The notes below the pieces were generated by a model. The model ran no database searches and had not been told where the DNA came from. It was given only the letters and a program-made list of their open reading frames with translations. Shown piece after piece: positions 36,588 through 48,789 of a stretch of DNA of 64,000 nt. This DNA is from Podarcis vaucheri (taxonomy: Eukaryota), in the NCBI GenBank assembly GCA_965113315.1, contig OZ220368.1. One strand, given 5' to 3'. A program made the translations under genes and the position numbers. The first letter of the stretch is position 1. Each line of letters begins with the position of its first letter.

Positions 36588-39500
36588 CTGTTCCAAGAAG
36601 CAGAAATGAAAGACAGGTGTTAACGAGGTCAGAACATCCGGCTCAGTGCTAGATGCAACACAAACCCTTTTCTAGAACCCAAGGTATTGGGTGTGTCCAG
36701 ACAAGGAATTCAGGAAGAAAACCACCACACAACACCCGAGAAGACTCTGGACCAGGCCTGGTACTTAAAAGCCCTGGAGGAACTTTGAGGCACAACAGTA
36801 AGCTTGTTTTTTCACCATAAAATGGTCTTATAAATGACTCTAGTGACAAAACTAAGGAAGGGATGGAAAGAGGATGGAAGTTCCAATACAAACCCCCTGG
36901 TATGGGGCAGACCTTTCCGGAGCCAGTATTTCTAGGTTTGACACATAAAGGGAAGGAGTAGAGGTAACCACAAGCCTGCCTGAAGCTTGTGAATTAGCAT
37001 TTAACGAGGTTAGCAGATTCCACTGGCTGATGCATGAACCCTAAATCAGTCACAGGCCTCCCAAGGGCACACAGTGAAAACTTAGCAAAGAGTTGGGATG
37101 TCTGCAAATTGTACTAAATGTGCCTGAAGTTTCCTCAACAGATCAACTTGGAGAGAGAGTGCAATGCAGAGAAAAGGGAAGTGATCCACCGAAATTATCA
37201 AGCAACATTGGCAGTTTAAGGACAATGCAGGAAGTGAAAGGCATTTAAACAAACAAACAAAAAACCCAACCCACCACCATCTCCTTTTCCAGGTCCACGG
37301 TGAATGGAGGAAAGAAATTAAAATGAGCCCTCTTGGGAACCACAGGCTGCCATCCACCACCTTTCCTTGTTTTAAATGTTTCAGGCATAAAGGATTGAGA
37401 GCCTGTATTAATAATGAAGCCCCCACACTTCTTGGGGATGCAACTATCTCCATGGCAGAAAATGCATGCCTAACTGCCTTCAGTGGCTTTGATTAGTGGG
37501 GAAAGCGCACCACTTCGTTAACTGGCACCCTATGAAAAACAATACCTAGAATTTTGGGAAATTAGGAGCAAAGGTACATTTAAAGCAGCCAGCCCAACCT
37601 GGAAACAAAGGAGTGGGGGCCTGAGAGCTTCCCAGGGAGGCTGCCGAATTAATGGGGATGAGCGCATGTGTTTGATAATCTTTATATGGCAAAAGAGCCA
37701 TCTTTCAAATATGTCACAAATTCATATTAATCACCTTCCCTAGCTTGGCTCTGCCCGTCGCCGTGGGCAAAAACGGAAAGTGTCTGGTTAGGAAAAATGT
37801 TCTACATTGTAATTTACAAGAGCCTGGGAACCTGGCTCCCTGTTAATGGAAAGGAATGATTTTAAAATGAGAAAATATATATTATAAAACACACACGTAT
37901 CATGATACAGATACACATTTATATAGACGCGGAAGCGAGCTTTCTAACTCCATCTGGAAGGAAGGATGTTTGATGTTAACAATGTAACTTCTCACTTTCA
38001 AGCAGGCTCAGAAAACAAGGAGCCGGCAGGAGTTCAGATAAAGGCAGCTTAAAAGTCAAATGATTCTGACTCTGAACCTGAGACTTCTTAGAGGCAAGGT
38101 CCTTTCCTTTCCCCATTAATGGGCTGACTTGTGAGCCCAGGAACAAAGTGCGCTGATGTGAGGAATTCTGAGGAGAGTCAACTCATTATGGATGGGCGAG
38201 TGGAGTCTGAGTCGCACAAATCAAAGGCTCTAATCTGGAGTAACTGGCTGCACTTCTGCTTGGAACTAATTTGTTCCCAAGTTATACTCACCTTTCACCC
38301 TGCAAAGGCCCAGAGTAGCGTCCCTCCTGGGTCAGCAGAGCAATGCTCTGGGGTGGGGGTGGGGAGAAGGCTCCCTTCACTGTGGGCTGCCAGCAGTGGG
38401 CATCATGACATGCCCACAGCAGACTAATCAAGGCTGGGGTGCACTGGGTTGGCAGTCCGGTGGCCAAAAGCTGAGCCTATGAAGGTGGATATTCTCTTCT
38501 ATTTTTTTCCAGCCTGCGGTGAGAGGGAAATGTAGCACTAAAAGCCTAGTGGTGTCACGTGCAGATGCTTGAATGCTAGACCATCTCTCCTACAGAATTA
38601 CAAAAAAGAGTCCACTTTCCATTGTAACAGAGCTAGCACCCCAAGGGAAATACTGAAGAAGCTTTGGGGAAGGAACAATTGCTCCTCTAAGGTTCCTGTG
38701 TAGTCTTTCAGGTCCACACCAATGACCAGCAATTTGCTTGCCATTCACAGGTGGTTCAAATGCCTGTATATATTATTTGGGATGAGAGAGCATGTGGTGG
38801 GTGGGTTTGTTGCTAATGCAGGATACAGTGGGGAGGCTTCAAAATTCATTACTGGGAAGGAGGTGCTGTCAGGAGAGGGAGCAGAAAACTGAAAGCTAGA
38901 ACTTTTGGAAAAAACCAAACAAGGCACTTTTTAATATGCAGAGAACATGGTGAAACGTGAAGCCAAGATGTGTTTCTCCACATACATAGTAGCTCCATGC
39001 CAGGCAACTTAACAAGAGCTGTTGGAGACAGGCATGATATTTTATGTGTTCTCTAGTCTACAGAATCACCCTGGCTGCCAGGGTAAAGTCCTAATAGACT
39101 TCATTCTGCGTGTGAGCCTTGTTCTGTGCTCTTGTCTTTTCTGCATATCATGGATTGGGGAAAGGCCACACTACTGGAGCTGCGAGCATTTATAGAGTGT
39201 TTTATTTGTTATACTTTTCCACACAGGAGCTCAGAATGACAATTTAGCCTAGCAACAATTCTATGTGGTAGACCAGCCTGAGAGATGCTGCCTTGCCCAA
39301 GTCACTCACTGAGCTTCCTAGCCAAATAGTAATTTGAACCCAGGCTTCCCATGTTCAACCCCAATAATCTAGCCACAACAACAACAATGGCTCCCACGTC
39401 TGAGAATTGCAGAAAATTATCGCTCACTGACCACCTGTTTAAGCCAATGTCCACTTGTTCACTCAGGTGGTGTCATATACATAGAGACAGGCAGTAGGAA

Positions 39501-40494
39501 AAATACTCTGGATGCTTTAGTCATGGAGCAGAATGGTTCTATGGTTCTATGCCCAAATAACTCCCACAGCAGCAGGATCAGCTCCCTGAAAGGCAGGGAG
39601 AGAGACACACACAAACTCCACCGAAAGTGGGACAGCTTCTCTGATTGGCAGAAGTCATTCCACACACACCCCAATGACACCACTCCCCCACATACTTATG
39701 CCCCTCCCCTCCATCTTGGCAGCAACAGTGAACCTCCCTGAGATGCCCCCCTCCTGCTGGGTGGAATTTCTTTCCCCTCCAAAGACAGCATAAAGTGGTC
39801 ACAGTGTGAATGCGCTTGACCTTTTGTCTTGGACTAATCTAATTGTGTCGTCTTTGTGTAACCAGCCGGTAAAGGTCAGAGCTGTATTTAACAGGGGGCC
39901 CTTTAGGTACCAAATTTGCCTTGCAGTGAATTAACTTGATTATATTTCTTTCAAATATGTCAGAGCCCAGGTCACATTAACCCTCCTGGTGCTGCCTTCA
40001 TTCTTTTTGTTCCTATTCCAAGCATGGAGTTGGAAAAGAGCAGCACTAGGGAAACATAAGTGCAATGTTTTGTAAACAGACGCAAGTCAGTGAAAACTCT
40101 CTAGAGGAAGAAACGGATTCTGAACTGGCCTGCTGCTGAGGCTTGCTGACCCCGCCCCCCAAAGCAGGTGAGAATTTATGACAGAGATGTGGGGCTCAAT
40201 AGTATGGTGAAGCCCATTCAGTAGGAGAAGCCTCTAAGAATGAGCGATTACTCAAAACTCCATGTCACCTTTAGAGCTTACAGAGAAAGTTACTTGAATT
40301 TCAAAAAAAGAAGTCATTAAAAAAAAAAAAAATCCTGACACACTGCTGTGCCAACATACTGGTGGCCAGCTGACTAATGACCTGATCATATCCATGTTAA
40401 GCACAAGTCATTGGAGTAATCCCATTTACTCCACTGGAAAAAAAACTTTCTTGGGCATAGAACCATGGAGCGGAAAGACAGAGGATCTCCTTTA

Positions 40495-40787
40495 CTGAGA
40501 GGAGATGGAGCAAGCTTGTTTTCTCCTGCTCTGAAGGGTAGCACTTAAACCAATGGCTTCAAGTTACAAGAAAGGATATTCTGACTAAGCATCAGGAAGA
40601 ACTTTCTGACAGTAAGAGCTGTTCGACCGTGGAACAGACCCCCACAAGATGTGATGGACTCTCTGAGGTTTTAAAGCAGAGATTGGATGGCCATCTGCTA
40701 TGCATGCTTTAGTTCAGAGTCCTTCATTGCAGGGGGTTGGACTAGATGGCCCTTGGGGTCCCTTCCAACTCTACAATTCTATGATTC
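40495..40787 (+). mobile_element. CR1 LINE 3' end, 80 bp from a DMAP1 donor site
   Basis: Decayed ORF2 end (NGFKLQER..RKNFLTVRAVRPWNR), then GGGGGTTGGACTAGATGGCCCTTGGGGTCCCTTCCAACTCTACAATTCTATGATTC, the CR1 octamer tail. Confidence 0.88.
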
Positions 40788-40866
40788 CCGAGTGACCTTT
40801 GCAGTGATAGTGTTTCAAGCAGGCCTAAAGGGGTGCAAGGGCATGCCAACATCAATATCTACTCAC

Positions 40867-41150
40867 CGAATTGGGTGTGAGGGGAGCCCCCACCACATCA
40901 ATGATCTGCTCCTTTGCGTCACCCTTGCTCTCTTCAGTGCACAAGCCTGACTGTCCATCAGCATGTGAGCCACCATCTGTGCTGGGCCCTGTGCTACCCG
41001 CTTTGGCCAATGCCTCATAGCGATGCCGCAACATCTGCAGCTCATATTCACAGTTTGCGAATGCTTGCTTGAGCTCATATAGCAGCACCAGATCACTGCG
41101 CAACTCGTTGAACATCTGGACAATCTCCTCTGTCGGCATTGGACTCAGGT
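40867..41150 (-). CDS. DMAP1: DMAP1 coding exon (284 nt): (D)LSPMPTEEIVQMFNELRSDLVLLYELKQAFANCEYELQMLRHRYEALAKAG...EQIIDVVGAPLTPNS
   Basis: cctccag|AC acceptor (phase 1), TCG|gtgagt donor; matches the DMAP1 C-terminal region with a diverged G/S-rich linker. Confidence 0.96.
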
Positions 41151-41394
41151 CTGGAGGAGGCGAAAGGAAGAAAGTTAAGCAAGGGAACTCTGTCCCTTGC
41201 CAGCTGCAGACTGCTCCAATGCTCCTCTGTAGGTCTTCGTTCAGTCCATACTGGCTAAAGCAGAAAACATTAAAAAGTCGAAGTCCTTTATTGCCCCAGA
41301 TGTAGCACAACTGGGAAGTTTTGCCTGCATCAGACTCACTGCCAGCCAAGCCTTCACTGCTGTGCCAAGCCAGGGATGTGAGGACAGTCTAGAT

Positions 41395-41525
41395 CAGTAT
41401 TTTGCAACCTTGGGTCTCCAGCTGTTTTTGGACTACAGTTCCCATCGTCCCTGACCATTGGTCTTGCTAGCTAGGGATGATGGGCGTTGTAGTCCCAAAT
41501 CAGCTGGAGACCCAAGGTTGGGATG
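41395..41525. mobile_element. hAT-type palindromic MITE
   Basis: Long inverted arms (CAACCTTGGGTCTCCAGCTG / CAGCTGGAGACCCAAGGTTG). 8-bp TSD GTCTAGA(T/A) at 41387-41394 and 41526-41533. Confidence 0.85.
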
Positions 41526-42166
41526 GTCTAGAAGAAGCTCCTCTTCAAAGGAAGGCATCAGTTGTGCAACCCCGTTAGTACACAACCTGAGCAAGCCACT
41601 GAAGCCAAGCATTACTGTACTTGCTGAATCCAGGGAGTCCACTGCCTCCCCTACCCAGGAGAGGCTAGAGGGGGGTTGTATTTTGCCCCTTAGCCAAAAA
41701 GTGCAGGCCAGGCATATCCCCACACAGGTCGCGTGGGACCCATCCAGAAGAGGAGCAACAAGGAAGCACAAAAGCCAGGCAGAGTCTCACAGACAATGGC
41801 CACTAACCCCTTTCACAGTACCTCTCCCTGCACGAAGAGATTTGCCTCCTTAATACTGGGCTGTCACTCTCGATGGCTTAAAGAACCCAAACAAGAGAGA
41901 AAGAGACAAAAGACTCTGTTCAAATACTTTTCGACTGGGAGGAATTTTTTGAGGGGGGATATTCTTGTGCATCATCTTCTGGCTTTTACCCCTCTGCTGC
42001 TGCTTCTTTTTTTTAACAAAACACATAAGATCTTATTTTCAAACCCATTCACATAGTGTTATTCAAGGAACTGGCTGTATTACTTGGGGGAAAAAATAGC
42101 CCCTCTCGACTACAAAGGCTTTGCTCCATGGGTCTCTCTCTCTCTCTACCTGCCCTCTTTACTCAC

Positions 42167-42239
42167 CTACTCCGAGTTCCATCAGCATCTGCTCCAAGGC
42201 TTTAATCTTCTTCTGTCCCACGGAGCTCGGCAGTTTCAT
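42167..42239 (-). CDS. DMAP1: DMAP1 coding exon (73 nt): MKLPSSVGQKKIKALEQMLMELGV(D)
   Basis: ttccag|ATG acceptor, GTAG|gtgagt donor, ends in phase 1; matches DMAP1. Confidence 0.96.
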
Positions 42240-43811
42240 CTGGAATACAAAGGTAACAGCCACACAGCTCTGAGCTAGCCCTCACTCACAGCCGCCTAGT
42301 TCAAACGGCAAGGGAGCTTTGCTTTTTATAGTGCACGGGGAAAAAAGCGAGCCAAAGAAAGAAAGAGAGAAAAGGGAAATCAAGTGCTGGGAGAGGGAGG
42401 CAGAAAGAAGGCCTGAAAGTTTGCAGACGAGGGCCAAGGGCAGGGACTGAAAAGCCTGGTCGCAAGGGCTTTTCAGTTCCTCCCGGTGCCAAGATGCGGA
42501 GATGCACAGCTTTACAGCTTCCATGTGCAACTGAATTAACAACAAAAGTTCTGCTCCGCTTCGAACCCTCTCCCGCAGTGCCCTGCCCATCAAAGAGCTC
42601 AATTACATAGCAGCTAATGTGCGATGCTGCCCTACTTTACTTGCTCTTGCCAGCCTGATTAGACTCGTGCACTAACAGACTTCCTTCTCCCTTTACCTGC
42701 CGAGCCCAGAGCCGTGGGATTCATTTACAGAGCCAGTTTTCTAACAAAAGACGCAAAGAGGCACAAAGAGCACACACACTAACTCAATTGGCAGAAGTGT
42801 GAACACACATTCACAGTGGAGCTGAGGGGGGTATGGGGAGCAGGGAAGTATTAGGCAGGGGCAGGGAACCCAAGCTGGGCATGAGATCACACTTAGCTAA
42901 AAAAAAACACCAAACCACCCTCACTACAATCCTACAGGCAGGAGCAACTCAGAACAAGCAGCTAAGGAAAAGTACAAAGAACTCAAGCACAATTTCAAGT
43001 GGGAAAAGGGGACTTGAGCATGCAGGGAAAACTAGCCAAGCTTATGGCCTTCAAACACACCCTTTGGGCTTCCAAAAACCCAAGTATAACAAGGACTACC
43101 TGGAAGGGCATCAAATTTGGATACCTGCCTCTTTCCATTTCTGCCCTTTGCCCTTTTCTGGCACAAGCAGAAAGTTGATCCCTGCACCACTGCTCAGTTT
43201 CTAGTATCAGGTCGATGCTCCTTGATTTTTCAATAGGAAATATAGGTATCAGCCTCTCTCAAAGGGCCACTTCCAAGTCATGAAGATACTGGGAGCAGGA
43301 AACTGGAAAAACTTCCCAGTTGCTTCCAGCCTCTGACCAGTTAGATAATTTAGAGCAGATTCGCATTACCAACTCACAGGAGGATTATATCATGTAAAGC
43401 GTCTCTCTGCACTGACAAATACTGCTGGGACACACCACCAAGGCTGCCAACCTCATGGACAATCACAGCATGGTTACAACCATCTTGTGAAAAACAATCA
43501 GCCTAAAATCAGGAAAGATGCAGCACAGATAATCACATAAATCAGCCTCACCTACAAGTGAAGGGATCAACTGCAGTGGTGAGAGGGAAACAGATTTCTA
43601 CTGGCTGCCAAGGTAAGCCAATCAGAGGCCTGGTTTCAGGTAGGCACTATCAGAATTCTCATGAGGAAACAATAATTTTTGCCTTCTCTTAGTCATTACT
43701 ACTCCCCATAGTGCCCATCCCTTTGCAGTAGGTTCTCAGAACTTCAGGCCAGAAACGGGGATCGTGAAGAATTCCCAAATCTGCAAAGGGCAGGCAGAGG
43801 TTCCCTTAGAG

Positions 43812-43935
43812 CAGGGTTTCCTAAACTTGAGCCTCAAGCTGCTTTTGGACTACAATTCCCATCACCCCTGACCACTGGTCCTGCTAGCTAGGGATGACGG
43901 GAGTTGTAGTCCAACAACAAGTTTGGGAAACCCTG
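43812..43935. mobile_element. hAT-type palindromic MITE (same family as 41395)
   Basis: CAGGGTTTCC..AAACTT / AAGTTTGGGAAACCCTG TIRs; perfect 8-bp TSD CCTTAGAG. Confidence 0.9.
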
Positions 43936-44124
43936 CCTTAGAGTATGTGGAAGTAGCCAGAATGAGATGTCTAATGGGATTCTGAAGGTGCCAACAAGGG
44001 TCAACAATAAAACATGGAAGATCAGATTCTTAACACATGGTATCCTGCTTAAGAGAACAGCATCTCTTCTCAAGGAAACACTATTTCATCACATCCTGTT
44101 TTGAGGCTCTTCATGTATCCTTAG

Positions 44125-44271
44125 CAGTGGCGTAGTGTGGGTTGTCAGCACCCGGGGCAAGGCAAGTAATTTGCGCCCCCTAACCTGTGGATTTGCGCCC
44201 CCTAACCCTAACCCCCAGATGTTGCGCCCGGTGCGGCCGGCCCCCCCTGCACCCCCCACGCTATGCCACTG
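44125..44271. mobile_element. hAT-type MITE, GC-rich, with internal CCCTAA units
   Basis: CAGTGGCGTAGTGTGGG / CCCACGCTATGCCACTG TIRs; perfect 8-bp TSD ATCCTTAG at 44117-44124 and 44272-44279. Confidence 0.9.
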
Positions 44272-46852
44272 ATCCTTAGAAAATCTACCGCCCCGCTATA
44301 TAGGTTTTCTAGCCAGTAGAACAACACTTGTATGGCTGAGTTCTGGGGGGAAGCCATGTGATGCTTTCCATTCAGAATAAGCACCTTTCCTATCTGAAAG
44401 AGCTTTGTTAGTTTCTAGCTCACTCCTCCCTGCTAATCGCAGCTCCAGATATGCTGTCTTCTATATACTAGCAGAAGGAAATAAGGAGGATCTCCTTCAT
44501 GTGTCAATCAGAGCTCCATCAATGACAAGCGAGGAAGGGCTGACAGCTGGACCCAGAGTCTTTAAACAGCCAGGATTATTGCCTTGCTATGTTTTGGCCT
44601 GATATATTGGCAGCTTCAAGAATAGGAAGGGACAGAAGCAGTCTGGATGGATTTGGATCTACCAATAGACCGCAGAAGAAATACGAGGCCAACTCAGGAG
44701 AAGCGGGACTGTTTTGAGTTTACTCGGCTTTAGAGAACATCAATTAAGCTTTCCTTTAATTTTGGGGGAGGATTTGGCCTGTGAACATGAAAGCTCCATT
44801 GGCTTCTTCAAGCAAGAGTATATTTTAATTTTACCGTCATTAAGAAAACGTTATGATTTATGCGGCTGCTGTCGAACTAATATCTTTAAAATTTAGCTGG
44901 CTAAGCCAATTCATCTTTAAGACTGATGAAGGTTGATTGCTCTCTATGCAAAATGTATTAAAACTAAATGAGGAGTCTATTACTCACAGGGCGCTGATAA
45001 TCTGTTAGGTAGGCTCCGTTAGCCTGGCTGTCTCAACGACAGGGGAAGGCCCAGTGCTCCACTCACCTCGGCAGCCAAAAGCACAGGCAGCTAAGAAGAG
45101 CAGGCATTCTTAAATCCTGCAAGATTTTTGGTGCAATCAAGTTTGACAGAACTCTAAGGCTACAAAATACAGGACTCTGATAAACGGTGCTGGTTTTGGC
45201 TACCACAGGGACCTATTCCTCTGGCTATGTGTGGTGTTTCCCTCAAGCAGGACCTGTGACTAAAACTGTTGATGTTCTATGCTCTTTTCTGCTTGATTCA
45301 GAGACCAGGTTCAGGAGTGAGATTCAGCTCTATTTGCCCACAAAGAGATCTGGGTAACCCAACACCTCTAACAGAAGTGCCTTTCTGACATGACAGTCCT
45401 GTGACAGAGCTCACTAAAGTTCCTCTAATCCAGGAGTCTCAAGGTATTGCCCTAATAATGTGCAGGAAGGACGTTTCCCTGCATTAAGAGTCCACATTCC
45501 GCATCAGCCCTTCAGCAGAGATCCCGCTACACTGGATAAACAGAGATACAGCTTCATTCCCAACTCTGTCAATTAACCCTTTCTGCTTCAAAAGGATGCT
45601 TGTATCAATTTATGAGCAAAACGGGGGATGTCAATAGTCACATGTTGGTACATGTACTGAAGGCTGATGTAAAACCAAGTATGAAGTTGATATTAGTAGC
45701 ATGTGCAGTTTTGTTCCTACGCACACTTCTCCATTTCCTTCCCAGACAAGTCTTGCATGGATCTTTAATGGGGGCATATTAATGCAATAATCCAGCTGTT
45801 TAGCATTGCTCTTTGACTGGATAGTGCTGGAAACAAAACATTGGGATGAGGCACAGGGCTGAATCAGTTTGACAAAGATGCTACCGAAAAATGCTGGTGG
45901 CCATTAGCCACCTAGATGGAATCTGCAGGCTACATATCTGAAACAACCATTCTGTATCTTGCAACACATCTCAGCTCAAAATGGCAACACTGCATGCTGG
46001 GACTTATGGCAGATTGAAAGCCTTCAGGAGCCACGTTAGATTAAAGGTGGACAATCACAACCTGCTGTTTTCCACTAGGCAATAAAGTGCTTCCCTTGGC
46101 ACCCCACTGCAACACCGGAGAAAGTTCATTATTAAGCAAGTGCAATGGAAGGATTCTTGAAAAGCATGTAGTGTCAGGCCCTTCCTCTTTGTAATCTATT
46201 AGAATTATTTATTATTACTAAAGTCCCCAAATAATCATATCTCAAAAAATGGATTGCTCACATTGAAGAAGTGATTAGCTGGAATTTTTGAGGTTAATAT
46301 ATCTTGGATTCTCCCGTCTTCTGACAACCTCTCCCTGCAGCCCTCTTTGCAACGCCAGCTTGTGCTTATAATTATGCCAGCATCACTTTTGATTTAGGGA
46401 CTCTGAGCCTTTGTCCTCGCTATAAACAACCAGTAAATGCATGAACTGTGCAGAAAGAGAAAAATAAATAAAAGGGCAACACACCAATATATGAATCAAG
46501 GCCACGTGACTGGAAGAAGAGCGCAAGTTTGCAGAGGGGCAAGTAGGTGGGACTTTCTCCCTGAACCACCAATGAGACTGGCAGGGAGCAGACTAGTAAA
46601 CAACTTCCTGATTGCCAGAGTAAGACAATGAACCAATACAGGTAAGAATATTCACGCCTGGCACACTTCCAAGCCCTCTTTTATTTTTAAAAAGCAGTAA
46701 AACAAAAAATATGTTCTAACACCAACAAAGACAACTAAAAAGGAGAAGAGAACTAAATCAGTCAGTTGTTTAAAACCTAAAAAGTTTGAGTAAACAGGTA
46801 CACCTCACAGGTACACGCTGTTCACATGGTCACAGTGTAGGTGCCTAACATT

Positions 46853-47205
46853 GCTGTGGGTGGGGAACCTCAGGCCTGGGGCCAAATGAAACCCTCTAGG
46901 CCTCTCTGGCCGAACCTCAGGACTCTCCCCAGGCAACACCCATCACAGGCCCTGCCTCATACCCTTTGCCTGGCTGGAATGTGTCCTTGATCTCTGAGAA
47001 TGCCTCTTGCTTGTCTTGACAGAGAATAGCAGGGTGGGTGTGTCAGTGTGTGTAGAAACTAGTTTATGGTATAAAGACAACATTTACATTTGCTGCTTGG
47101 CCCACATTTGCCTCCAGCCTCATATGCCACTGGCATGTGGCCCTCAAGAAGCTTTCACAGACAGGAATGCAGCCCTTTGTCTTTATGAAGGTTTGCCACC
47201 TCTGC
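46853..47205. mobile_element. Decayed hAT-type non-autonomous element
   Basis: GGGTGGGGAACCTCAGGCC ... GAAGGTTTGCCACCTCTG ends with GGCCC-type subterminal motifs. Related ends occur at ~32922 and ~60275. Confidence 0.55.
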
Positions 47206-48789
47206 TCTATAATAAGTGAAAACTCCACAAATAGGGTGCCACCACCAAAAGGCTCCGACTTGTCCTGCACAGCTACTACATTTCTTCATGGGTTTTGCTA
47301 CTGAAGAACTTGTGCTTACATAGGGCTATTATGAGCATATTATTTAAACCATTACCATTTTCCTTAAGCCTGCTCAGAACACTGATTTGAGATACATTTA
47401 GGTCTGCAAGGAGAGTGCCACCACATCTGGGCTCAACTGAAGTCCATGGTCCAATTGCAAAGCATTCTAACAAAAGTGCCAGACTCTTGCAGCAACAAGT
47501 ATCAGAAAAACCTGTCTTCTTTTTTCTACAGCTTCCAATCAGGCACTAGAAACTTCCCTGGAACTAGAGTTTTTTTATTTCCTGTTAATTGCTCAAGCCC
47601 TGAATTGCTTTCTTTTTCACTCACAGAAATGTCCAAACTGGCTTTAAATTCCACACTATGGTCACCCTAGAGAAGTGAGCTCATCCTCTGTTGTATTTAA
47701 ACCTGATCAAAGGGCAGATTTTTGTCTGCCACTCTTCAAGGTTTATTGTAAAACAATAATCTACTAAATGCATACCATCAGCCATTTTTATGCTGTCCTA
47801 GATTTCCTGTAACCATATCTAAAGATTCACATGCAGAGCATGATCCACTTTAGGTTCTGAGCCAGCGGCTCTGGAATCAATGGGCATTACACACAAATAC
47901 TGTACTGCTGTGCAACTTCAACTCATTTCAGTGAAGGTTGCACAGAAAGGCATTCCTGGTGGGTTTCCACCTCCATCCTCAACTCCCAAGATGGAGAGAA
48001 CTTTCCTTCACCATGTCTTTTAGGAATAAGACACAGACCAAACGATTTCAATTAAAAGCATTTAGATTTAAGTCATCCATTAGGAAAGGTTTTCTTAACT
48101 GTCAGATCACTACAGCAATGGAACAGGCTGCCCAGGGAGGTTGTGAAATCACCTTCTCAAGCTCCGACTGAGTAATTTCCTTTGAAGGATAAAGCGAGCA
48201 GCGATGCAGACATTACCCAGATAAGAGGGATTGTCCAGGAGCATTAGGATATTTTCCATATGGGTTTCCCTTCCTTTATGTGACCCAACATCCTCTTGGC
48301 ATTTTTCAGTCACAGCTGCAGGTTGAGTAGAGTTATTCCTTTAGTATTTGATTGTTCACAGCTATGCAAAGTATTTACGCTTTTCAGCTGTCCTTTCCTT
48401 TATGTGGATTCTAGGTTATTTTTGTAATGACAGCTCACTTTTAAGGAAATTCTTTCACTCACAGCTGCATTTTAATATACGCAAATCACAGGAAGGTTGA
48501 CTCTGATTAGGGACCAAATTCTTCCAAGATTACGCTGCAAAAATTACTTCCAGGCCGTGTTAAGCAATCTGGCACATGCCTAGAAGTATTTCTGGCAAAT
48601 AATGGGCTCTAACAAAACTTAACACCTTACTACATGGGTGCATGCCCCAAACCCAATATTCTGAAAGGACCAGAAGCCTATCAATGTCCAACCTTCTGCC
48701 TAGAGCTAAATCTCAGAAGTGCACTATAGGCAGAATTAATAAACAAATATATGCAAATATTATTAGCAAAACTAGTAATTCATGTATCA

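Noticed and set aside
42282-42602. 106-aa minus-strand ORF with a gtgagt near the DMAP1 acceptor
   Set aside because: The implied intron would be only about 50 nt, and the peptide is unrelated to DMAP1.
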